From assembly GCF_964355755.1 (NCBI RefSeq), contig NC_092672.1:16691237-16755236 (forward strand): 64,000 bases of DNA. Direction: 5' to 3'. Both the position numbers and the translations under genes were made by a program. Of this stretch, positions 1 through 12,000 are shown piece by piece. The notes beneath the pieces are model-generated. The model worked only from the letters and a program-made list of their open reading frames with translations. It ran no database searches and was not told the DNA's origin. Positions within the stretch are counted from its first letter, which is position 1, and each line of letters starts with the position of its first letter. The stretch comes from Antedon mediterranea (Eukaryota > Animalia > Echinodermata).

Positions 1-3000
1 TTGTGATTTCCGAAAAAACTTGTTAACATAAAAACACCAAAGTGCTTAGAATAGCTTCAAATCGCATTTGGAGACGTTTTAGACCATTTTGTGATTTTCG
101 AAAAAACTTGTTAACATAAAAACACCAAAGTGCTTAGAATAGCTTCAAATCGCATTTTGAGACATTTTAGACCCTTTTGTGATTTTCGAAAAAACTTGGT
201 TACACAAAAACACCAAAGTGCTTAAAATAGCTTCAAATTGCATTTGGAGACGTTTTAGACCATTTTGTGATTTTCGAAAAAACTTGTTACCATAAAAACA
301 CCAAAGTGCTTAGATTAGCTTCAAATCGCATTTTGAGACATTTTAGACCCTTTTGTGATTTTCGAAAAAACTTGTTAACATAAAAACACCAAAGAGCTTA
401 GAATAGCTTCAAATCGCATTTTGAGACGTTTTAGACCTTTTTGTGATTTTCGAAAAAACTTGTTAACATAAAAACACCAAAGTGCTAAGAATAGCTTCAA
501 ATCGCATTTTAGACCATTTTGTGTTTTTCGAAAAAACTTGTTAACATAAAAACACCAAAGTGCTTAAAATCACATTAGAAACCGTTTTAGACCATTTTGA
601 GCATTTCGATAAAACTTTTCACACAAAAACATCAAAGAGCACAAAATAGCTTAATATCGTAAAAACATCAAAGTGCTTAAAATCACATTAGAAACCGTTT
701 TAGACCATTTTGAGCATTTCGATAAAACTTTTCACACAAAAACATCAAAGAGCACAAAATAGCTTAATATCGTATTTAAAAACGTTTTTGACCATTTTGA
801 GCATTTCGAAAAAAAAATTTTCACACAAAACAGCAAAGTGCACAGAATAACTTCAAATCGCATTTGGAGACGTTTTAGACCTTTTTGTGATTTTCGAAAA
901 AACTTGTTAACATAAAAACACCAAAGTGCTAAGAATAGCTTCAAATCGCATTTGGAGACATTTTAGACTATTTTGTGTTTTTCGAAAAAACTTGTTAACA
1001 TAAAAACATCAAAGTGTACAGAATAGCTTCAAATCGCATTTTGAGACATTTTAGACTATTTTGTGATTTTCGAAAAAACTTGATAACATAAAAACATCAA
1101 AGTGCTTAAAATCACATTAGAAACCGTTTTAGACCATTTTAAGCATTTCGATAAAACTTTTCACACAAAAACATCAAAGAGCACAAAATAGCTTAATATC
1201 GTATTTAAAAACGTTTTTGACCATTTTGAGCATTTCGACAAAAAATTTTTACACAAAACAGCAAAGTGCACAGAATAACTTCAAATCGCATTTGGAGACG
1301 TTTTAGACCATTTTGTGATTTTCGAAAAAACTTGTTAACATAAAAACATCAAAGTGCTTCAAATCACATTAGAAACCGTTTTAGACCATTTTGAGCATTT
1401 CGACAAAACTTTTCACACAAAAACATCAAAGAGCACAAAATAGCTTAATATCGTATTTAAAAACGTTTTGTACCATTTTGAGCATTTCGACAAAAAAATT
1501 TCACACAAAACAGCAAAGTGCACAGAATAACTTCAAATCGCATTTGGAGACGTTTTAGACCATTTTGTGATTTTCGAAAAAACTTGTTAACATAAAAACA
1601 CCAAAGTGCTTAGAATAGCTTCAAATCGCATTTTGAGACATTTTAGACCCTTTTGTGATTTTTGAAAAAACTTGTTAACATAAAAACATCAAAGTGCTTC
1701 AAATCACATTAGAAACCGTTTTAGACCATTTTGAGCATTTCGATAAAACTTTTCACACAAAAACATCAAAGAGCACAAAATAGCTTAATATCGTATTTAA
1801 AAACGTTTTTGACCATTTTGAGCATTTAGACAAAAAATTTTCAAACAAAACAGCAAAGTGCACAGAATAACTTCAAATCGCATTTGGAGACGTTTTAGAC
1901 CATTCTGTGATTTTCGAAAAAACTTGTTAACATAAAAACATCAAAGTGCTTAGAATAGCTTCAAATCGCATTTGGAGACGTTTTAGACCATTTTGTGATT
2001 TTCGAAAAAACTTGTTAACATAAAAACACCAAAGTGTTTGAATAGCTTCAAATCGCATTTTGAGACATTTTAGACCCTTTTGTGATTTTCGAAAAACTTG
2101 GTTACACAAAAACACCAAAGTGCTTAAAATAGCTTCAAATTGCATTTGGAGACGTTTTAGACCATTTTGTGATTTTCGAAAAAACTTGTTACCATAAAAA
2201 CACCAAAGTGCTTAGATTAGCTTCAAATCGCATTTTGAGACATTTTAGACCCTTTTGTGATTTTCGAAAAAACTTGTTAACATAAAAACACCAAAGAGCT
2301 TAGAATAGCTTCAAATCGCATTTTGAGACATTTTAGACCATTTTGTGATTTTCGAAAAAACTTGTTAACATAAAAACACCAAAGTGCTTAAAATAGCTTC
2401 AAATCGCATTTGGAGAAGTTTTAAACCATTTTGTGATTTTCGAAAAAACTTGTTAACATAAAAACATCAAAGTGTACAGAATAACTTCAAATCGCATTTG
2501 GAGACGTTTTAGACCATTTTGTGATTTTTGAAAAAACTTGTTAACATAAAAACACCAAAGTGCTTAGAATAGCTTCAAATCGCATTTTTAGACATTTTAC
2601 ACCCTTTTGTGATTTTCGAAAAAACTTGTTAAAATAAAAACATCAAAGTGTACAGAATAGCTTCAAATCGCATTTGGAGACGTTTTAGACCATTTTGTGA
2701 TTTTGAAAAAAACTTAACATAAAAACACCAAAGAGCTTAGATTAGCTTCAAATCGCATTTTGAGACATTTTAGACCATTTTGTGATTTTCGAAAAAACTT
2801 GTTAAAATAAAAACATCAAAATGTACAGAATAGCTTCAAATCGCATTTGGAGACGTTTTAGACCATTTTGTGATTTTGAAAAAAACTTGTTAACATAAAA
2901 ACACCAAAGTGCTTAGAATAGCTTCAAATCGCATTTGGAGACGTTTTAGACCATTTTGTGATTTTCGAAAAAACTTGTTAACATAAAAACATCAAAGTGC

Positions 3001-6000
3001 TTAGAATAGCTTCAAATCGCATTTGGAGACGTTTTAGACCATTTTGTGATTTTCGAAAAAACTTGTTAACATAAAAACACCAAAGTGTTTGAATAGCTTC
3101 AAATCGCATTTTGAGACATTTTAGACCCTTTTGTGATTTTCGAAAAAACTTGGTTACACAAAAACACCAAAGTGCTTAAAATAGCTTCAAATTGCATTTG
3201 GAGACGTTTTAGACCATTTTGTGATTTTCGAAAAAACTTGTTACCATAAAAACACCAAAGTGCTTAGATTAGCTTCAAATCGCATTTTGAGACATTTTAG
3301 ACCCTTTTGTGATTTTCGAAAAAACTTGTTAACATAAAAACACCAAAGAGCTTAGAATAGCTTCAAATCGCATTTTGAGACATTTTAGACCATTTTGTGA
3401 TTTTCGAAAAAACTTGTTAACATAAAAACACCAAAGTGCTTAAAATAGCTTCAAATCGCATTTGGAGAAGTTTTAAACCATTTTGTGATTTTCGAAAAAA
3501 CTTGTTAACATAAAAACATCAAAGTGTACAGAATAACTTCAAATCGCATTTGGAGACGTTTTAGACCATTTTGTGATTTTTGAAAAAACTTGTTAACATA
3601 AAAACACCAAAGTGCTTAGAATAGCTTCAAATCGCATTTTTAGACATTTTACACCCTTTTGTGATTTTCGAAAAAACTTGTTAAAATAAAAACATCAAAG
3701 TGTACAGAATAGCTTCAAATCGCATTTGGAGACGTTTTAGACCATTTTGTGATTTTGAAAAAAACTTAACATAAAAACACCAAAGAGCTTAGATTAGCTT
3801 CAAATCGCATTTTGAGACATTTTAGACCATTTTGTGATTTTCGAAAAAACTTGTTAAAATAAAAACATCAAAATGTACAGAATAGCTTCAAATCGCATTT
3901 GGAGACGTTTTAGACCATTTTGTGATTTTGAAAAAAACTTGTTAACATAAAAACACCAAAGTGCTTAGAATAGCTTCAAATCGCATTTGGAGACGTTTTA
4001 GACCATTTTGTGATTTTCGAAAAAACTTGTTAACATAAAAACACCAAAGTGCTTAGAATAGCTTCAAATCGCATTTTGAGACATTTTAGACCCTTTTGTG
4101 ATTTTCGAAAAAACTTGGTTACACAAAAACACCAAAGTGCTTAAAATAGCTTCAAATTGCATTTGGAGACGTTTTAGACCATTTTGTGATTTTCGAAAAA
4201 ACTTGTTACCATAAAAACACCAAAGTGCTTAGATTAGCTTCAAATCGCATTTTGAGACATTTTAGACCCTTTTGTGATTTTTGAAAAAACTTGTTAACAT
4301 AAAAACACCAAAGAGCTTAGAATAGCTTCAAATCGCATTTTGAGACATTTTAGACCATTTTGTGATTTTCGAAAAAACTTGTTTACATAAAAACACCAAA
4401 GTGCTTAGAATAGCTTCAAATCACATTTTGAGACATTTTAGACCCTTTTGTGATTTTCGAAAAAACTTGTTAACATAAAAATTCCAAAGTGCTAAGAATA
4501 GCTTCAAATCGCATTTGGAGACATTTTAGACCACTTTCTGATTTTCGAAAAAACTTGTTAACATAAAAACATCAAAGTGCTTAAAATCACATTAGAAACC
4601 GTTTTAGACCATTTTGAGCATTTCGATAAAACTTTTCACACAAAAACATCAAAGAGCACAAAATAGCTTAATATCGTATTTAAAAACGTTTTTGACCATT
4701 TTGAGCATTTCGACAAAAAAATTTCACACAAAACAGAAAAGTAGCTTCAAATCGTATTTGGAGACGTTTTAGACCTTTTTGTGATTTTCGAAAAAACTTG
4801 TTAACATAAAAACACCAAAGTGCTAAGAATAGCTTCAAATCGCATTTTAGACCATTTTGTGTTTTTCGAAAAAACTTGTTAACATAAAAACACCAAAGTG
4901 CTTAAAATCACATTAGAAACCGTTTTAGACCATTTTGAGCATTTCGATAAAACTTTTCACACAAAAACATCAAAGAGCACAAAATAGCTTAATATCGTAT
5001 TTAAAAACGTTTTTGACCATTTTGAGCATTTCGAAAAAAAAATTTTCACACAAAACAGCAAAGTGCACAGAATAACTTCAAATCGCATTTGGAGACGTTT
5101 TAGACCTTTTTGTGATTTTCGAAAAAACTTGTTAACATAAAAACACCAAAGTGCTAAGAATAGCTTCAAATCGCATTTGGAGACATTTTAGACCACTTTG
5201 TGATTTTCGAAAAAACTTGTTAACATAAAAACATCAAAGTGCTTAAAATCACATTAGAAACCGTTTTAGACCATTTTGAGCATTTCGACAAAAAATTTTC
5301 ACACAAAACAGCAAAGTGTACAGAATAGCTTCAAATCGTATTTGGAGACGTTTTAGACCTTTTTGTGATTTTCAAAAAAACTTGTTAACATAAAAACACC
5401 AAAGTGCTTAGAATAGCTTCAAATCGCATTTGGAGACGTTTTAGACCATTTTTTGATTTTCGAAAAAACTTGTTACCATAAAAACACCAAAGTGCTTAGA
5501 ATAGCTTCAAATCGCATTTTGAGACGTTTTAGACCATTCTGTGATTTTCGAAAAAACTTGTTAACATAAAAACATCAAAGTGCTTAAAATCACATTAGAA
5601 ACCGTTTTAGACCATTTTGAGCATTTCGATAAAACTTTTTACACAAAAACATCAAAGAGCACAAAATAGCTTAATATCGTATTTATAAACGTTTTTGACC
5701 ATTTTGAGCATTTAGACAAAAAATTTTGAAACAAAACAGCAAAGTGCACAGAATTTCTTCAAATCGCATTTGGAGACGTTTTAGACCATTCTGTGATTTT
5801 CGAAAAAAACTTGTTAACATAAAAACATCAAAGTGCTTAGAATAGCTTCAAATCGCATTTGGAGTCGTTTTAGACCATGTTGTGATTTTCGAAAAAACTT
5901 TTTAACATAAAAACACCAAAGTGCTTAGAATGGCTTCAAATCGCATTTGGAGACATTTTAGACTATTTTGTGATTTTCGAAAAAACTTAAGATAAAAATA

Positions 6001-9000
6001 TCAAAGTGCTTCAAATCACATTAGAAACCGTTTTAGACCATTTTGAGCATTTCGACAAAAATTTTTCACACAAAACAGCAAAGTGTACAGAATAGCTTCA
6101 AATCGTATTTGGAGACGTTTTAGACCTTTTTGTGATTTTCGAAAAAACTTGTTAACATAAAAACACCAAAGTGCTTAGAATAGCTTCAAATCGCATTTGG
6201 AGACGTTTTAGACCATTTTTTGATTTTCGAAAAAACTTGTTAACATAAAAACACCAAAGTGCTTAGAATAGCTTCAAATCGCATTTTGAGACGTTTTAGA
6301 CCATTCTGTGATTTTCGAAAAAACTTGTTAACATAAAAACATCAAAGTGCTTAAAATCACATTAGAATCCGTTTTAGACCATTTTGAGCATTTCGATAAA
6401 ACTTTTCAAACAAAAACATCAAAGAGCACAAAATAGCTTAATATCGTATTTAAAAACGTTTTTGACCATTTTGAGCATTTCGACAAAAAATTTTCACACA
6501 AAACAGCAAAGTGCACAGAATAACTTCAAATCGCATTTGGAGACATTTTAGACTATTTTGTGATTTTCGAAAAAATTTAAGATAAAAATATCAAAGTGCT
6601 TCAAATCACATTAGAAACCGTTTTAGACCATTTTGAGCATTTCGACAAAAATTTTTCACACAAAACAGCAAAGTGTACAGAATAGCTTCAAATCGTATTT
6701 GGAGACGTTTTAGACCTTTTTGTGATTTTCGAAAAAACTTGTTAACATAAAAACACCAAAGTGCTTAGAATAGCTTCAAATCGCATTTTGAGACGTTTTA
6801 GACCCTTTTGTGATTTTCGAAAAAACTTGGTTACACAAAAACACCAAAGTGCTTAAAATAGCTTCAAATCGCATTTGGAGACATTTTAGACTATTTTGTG
6901 ATTTTCGAAAAAACTTGTTAACATAAAAACATCAAAGTGCTTCAAATCACATTAGAAACCGTTTTAGACCATTTTGAGCATTTCGACAAAAATTTTTCAC
7001 ACAAAACAGCAAAGTGTACAGAATAGCTTCAAATCGTATTTGGAGACGTTTTAGACCATTTTTTGATTTTCGAAAAAACTTGTTAACATAAAAACACCAA
7101 AGTGCTTAGAATAGCTTCAAATCGCATTTTGAGACGTTTTAGACAATTCTGTGATTTTCGAAAAAACTTGTTAACATAAAAACATCAAAGTGCTTAAAAT
7201 CACATTAGAATCCGTTTTAGACCATTTTGAGCATTTCGATAAAACTTTTCAAACAAAAACATCAAAGAGCACAAAATAGCTTAATATCGTATTTAAAAAC
7301 GTTTTTGACCATTTTGAGCATTTCGACAAAAAATTTTCACACAAAACAGCAAAGTGCACAGAATAACTTCAAATCGCATTTGGAGACGTTTTAGACAATT
7401 TTGTGATTTTCGAAAAAACTTGTTAACATAAAAACACCAAAGTGCTAAGAATAGCTTCAAATCGCATTTGGAGACATTTTAGACCATTTTGTGATTTTCG
7501 AAAAAACTTGTTAAGATAAAAACATCAAAGTGTACACAATAGCTTCAAATCGCATTTGGAGACGTTTTAGACCATTTTGTGATTTTCGAAAAAACTTGTT
7601 AACATAAAAACACCAAAGTGCTTAGAATAGCTTCAAATCGCATTTTGAGACATTTTAGACCCTTTTGTGATTTTCGAAAAAACTTGGTTACACAAAAACA
7701 CCAAAGTGCTTAAAATAGCTTCAAATCGCATTTGGAGAGGTTTTAAACCATTTTGTGATTTTCGAAAAAACTTGTTAACATAAAAACATCAAAGTGTACA
7801 GAATAACTTCAAATCGCATTTGGAGACGTTTTAGACCATTTTGTGATTTTTGAAAAAACTTGTTAACATAAAAACACCAAAGTGCTTAGAATAGCTTCAA
7901 ATCGCATTTTTAGACATTTTACACCCTTTTGTGATTTTCGAAAAAACTTGTTAAAATAAAAACATCAAAGTGTACAGAATAGCTTCAAATCGCATTTGGA
8001 GACGTTTTAGACCATTTTGTGATTTTGAAAAAAACTTAACATAAAAACACCAAAGAGCTTAGAATAGCTTCAAATCGCATTTTGAGACATTTTAGACCAT
8101 TTTGTGATTTTCGAAAAAACTTGTTAAAATAAAAACATCAAAATGTACAGAATAGCTTCAAATCGCATTTGGAGACGTTTTAGACCATTTTGTGATTTTG
8201 AAAAAAACTTGTTAACATAAAAACACCAAAGAGCTTAGAATAGCTTCAAATCGCATTTTGAGACATTTTAGACCATTTTGTGTTTTTCGAAAAAACTTGT
8301 TAACATAAAAACATCAAAGTGTACAGAATAGCTTCAAATCGCATTTGGAGACGTTTTAGACCATTTTGTGATTTTCGAAAAAACTTGTTAACATAAAAAC
8401 ATCAAAGTGCTTAGAATAGCTTCAAATCGCATTTGGAGACGTTTTAGACCATTTTGTGATTTTCGAAAAAACTTGTTAACATAAAAACACCAAAGTGCTT
8501 AGAATAGCTTCAAATCGCATTTTGAGACATTTTAGACCCTTTTGTGATTTTCGAAAAAACTTGGTTACACTAAAACACCAAAGTGCTTAAAATAGCTTCA
8601 AATCGCATTTAGAGACATTTTAGAATATTTTGTGATTTTCGAAAAAACTTGGTTACACAAAAACACCAAAGTGCTTAAAATCACATTAGAAACCGTTTTA
8701 GACCATTTTGAGCATTTCGATAAAACTTTTCACACAAAAACATCAAAGAGCACAAAATAGCTTAATATCGTATTTAAAAACGTTTTTGACCATTTTGAGC
8801 ATTTCGACAAAAAAATTTCACACAAAACAGCAAAGTGCACAGAATAACTTCAAATCGCATTTGGAGACGTTTTAGACCATTTTGTGATTTTCGAAAAAAC
8901 TTGTTAACATAAAAACACCAAAGTGCTCAGAATAGCTTCAAATCGCATTTTGAGACATTTTAGACCCTTTTGTGATTTTTGAAAAAACTTGTTAACATAA

Positions 9001-12000
9001 AAACATCAAAGTGCTTCAAATCACATTAGAAACCGTTTTAGACCATTTTGAGAATTTCGATAAAACTTTTCACACAAAAACATCAAAGAGCACAAAATAG
9101 CTTAATATCGTATTTAAAAACGTTTTTGACCATTTTGAGCATTTAGACAAAAAATTTTCAAACAAAACAGCAAAGTGCACAGAATAACTTCAAATCGCAT
9201 TTGGAGACGTTTTAGACCATTCTGTGATTTTCGAAAAAACTTGTTAACATAAAAACATCAAAGTGCTTAAAATCACATTAGAAACCGTTTTAGACCATTT
9301 TGAGCATTTCGATAAAACTTTTCACACAAAAACATTAAAGAGCACAAAATAGCTTAATATCGTATTTAAAAACGTTTTTGACCATTTTGAGCATTTCGAC
9401 AAAAATTTTTCACACAAAACAGCAAAGTGTACAGAATAGCTTCAAATCGTATTTGGAGACGTTTTAGACCCTTTTGTGATTTTCGAAAAAACTTGTTAAC
9501 ATAAAAACACCAAAGTGCTTAGAATAGCTTCAAATCGCATTTTGAGACGTTTTAGACCCTTTTGTGATTTTCGAAAAAACTTGGTTACACAAAAACACCA
9601 AAGTGCTTAAAATAGCTTCAAATCGCATTTGGAGACATTTTAGACTATTTTGTGATTTTCGAAAAAACTTGTTAACATAAAAACATCAAAGTTCTTCAAA
9701 TCACATTAGAAACCCTTTTAGAACATTTTGAGCATTTCGACAAAAATTTTTCACACAAAACAGCAAAGTGTACAGAATAGCTTCAAATCGTATTTGGAGA
9801 CGTTTTAGACCATTTTGTGATTTTCGAAAAAACTTGGTTACACAAAAACACCAAAGTGCTTAAAATAGCTTCAAATCGCATTTGGAGACATTTTAGAATA
9901 TTTTGTGATTTTCGAAAAAACTTGGTTACACAAAAACACCAAAGTGCTTAAAATCACATTAGAAACCGTTTTAGACCATTTTGAGCATTTCGATAAAACT
10001 TTTCACACAAAAACATCAAAGAGCACAAAATAGCTTAATATCGTATTTAAAAACGTTTTTGACCATTTTGAGCATTTCGACAAAAAAATTTCACACAAAA
10101 CAGCAAAGTGCACAGAATAACTTCAAATCGCATTTGGAGACGTTTTAGACCATTTTGTGATTTTCGAAAAAACTTGTTAACATAAAAACACCAAAGTGCT
10201 TAGAATAGCTTCAAATCGCATTTTGAGACATTTTAGACCCTTTTGTGATTTTTGAAAAAACTTGTTAACATAAAAACATCAAAGTGCTTCAAATCACATT
10301 AGAAACCGTTTTAGACCATTTTGAGAATTTCGATAAAACTTTTCACACAAAAACATCAAAGAGCACAAAATAGCTTAATATCGTATTTAAAAACGTTTTT
10401 GACCATTTTGAGCATTTAGACAAAAAATTTTCAAACAAAACAGCAAAGTGCACAGAATAACTTCAAATCGCATTTGGAGACGTTTTAGACCATTCTGTGA
10501 TTTTCGAAAAAACTTGTTAACATAAAAACATCAAAGTGCTTAAAATCACATTAGAAACCGTTTTAGACCATTTTGAGCATTTCGATAAAACTTTTCACAC
10601 AAAAACATTAAAGAGCACAAAATAGCTTAATATCGTATTTAAAAACGTTTTTGACCATTTTGAGCATTTCGACAAAAATTTTTCACACAAAACAGCAAAG
10701 TGTACAGAATAGCTTCAAATCGTATTTGGAGACGTTTTAGACCTTTTTGTGATTTCCGAAAAAACTTGTTAACATAAAAACACCAAAGTGCTTAGAATAG
10801 CTTCAAATCGCATTTTGAGACATTTTAGACCCTTTTGTGATTTTCGAAAAAACTTGGTTACACAAAAACACCAAAGTGCTTAAAATAGCTTCAAATTGCA
10901 TTTGGAGACGTTTTAGACCATTTTGTGATTTTCGAAAAAACTTGTTACCAAAAAAACACCAAAGAGCTTAGAATAGCTTCAAATCGCATTTTGAGACATT
11001 TTAGACCATTTTGTGATTTTCGAAAAAACTTGTTAACATAAAAACACCAAAGTGCTTAGAATAGCTTCAAATCGCATTTTGAGACATTTTAGACCCTTTT
11101 GTGATTTTCGAAAAAAACTTGTTAACATAAAAATTCCAAAGTGCTAAGAATAGCTTCAAATCGCATTTGGAGACATTTTAGACCACTTTGTGATTTTCGA
11201 AAAAACTTGTTAACATAAAAACATCAAAGTGCTTAAAATCACATTAGAAACCGTTTTAGACCATTTTGAGCATTTCGATAAAACTTTTCACACAAAAACA
11301 TCAAAGAGCACAAAATAGCTTAATATCGTATTTAAAAACGTTTTTGACCATTTTGAGCATTTCGAAAAAAAAATTTTCACACAAAACTGCAAAGTGCACA
11401 GAATAACTTCAAATCGCATTTGGAGACGTTTTAGACCTTTTTGTGATTTTCGAAAAAACTTGTTAACATAAAAACACCAAAGTGCTAAGAATAGCTTCAA
11501 ATCGCATTTGGAGACATTTTAGACTATTTTGTGTTTTTCGAAAAAACTTGTTAACATAAAAACATCAAAGTGTACAGAATAGCTTCAAATCGCATTTTGA
11601 GACATTTTAGACTATTTTGTGATTTTCGAAAAAACTTGTTAACATAAAAACATCAAAGTGCTTAAAATCACATTAGAAACCGTTTTAGACCATTTTAAGC
11701 ATTTCGATAAAACTTTTCACACAAAAACATCAAAGAGCACAAAATAGCTTAATATCGTATTTAAAAACGTTTTTGACCATTTTGAGCATTTCGACAAAAA
11801 ATTTTTACACAAAACAGCAAAGTGCACAGAATAACTTCAAATCGCATTTGGAGACGTTTTAGACCATTTTGTGATTTTCGAAAAAACTTGTTAACATAAA
11901 AACATCAAAGTGCTTCAAATCACATTAGAAACCGTTTTAGACCCTTTTGAGCATTTCGACAAAACTTTTCACACAAAAACATCAAAGAGCACAAAATAGC

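Noticed and set aside
732-944. Repeated 63-80-aa ORFs (MKLFLALWCF..., MIFEKTWLH..., etc.) in the satellite, also at 1927, 4957, 11288, 17131, 23190, 35463, 48982, 57525 and 61493
   Set aside because: Chance stop-free frames across satellite monomers, mostly with non-ATG starts; they recur only because the DNA repeats.
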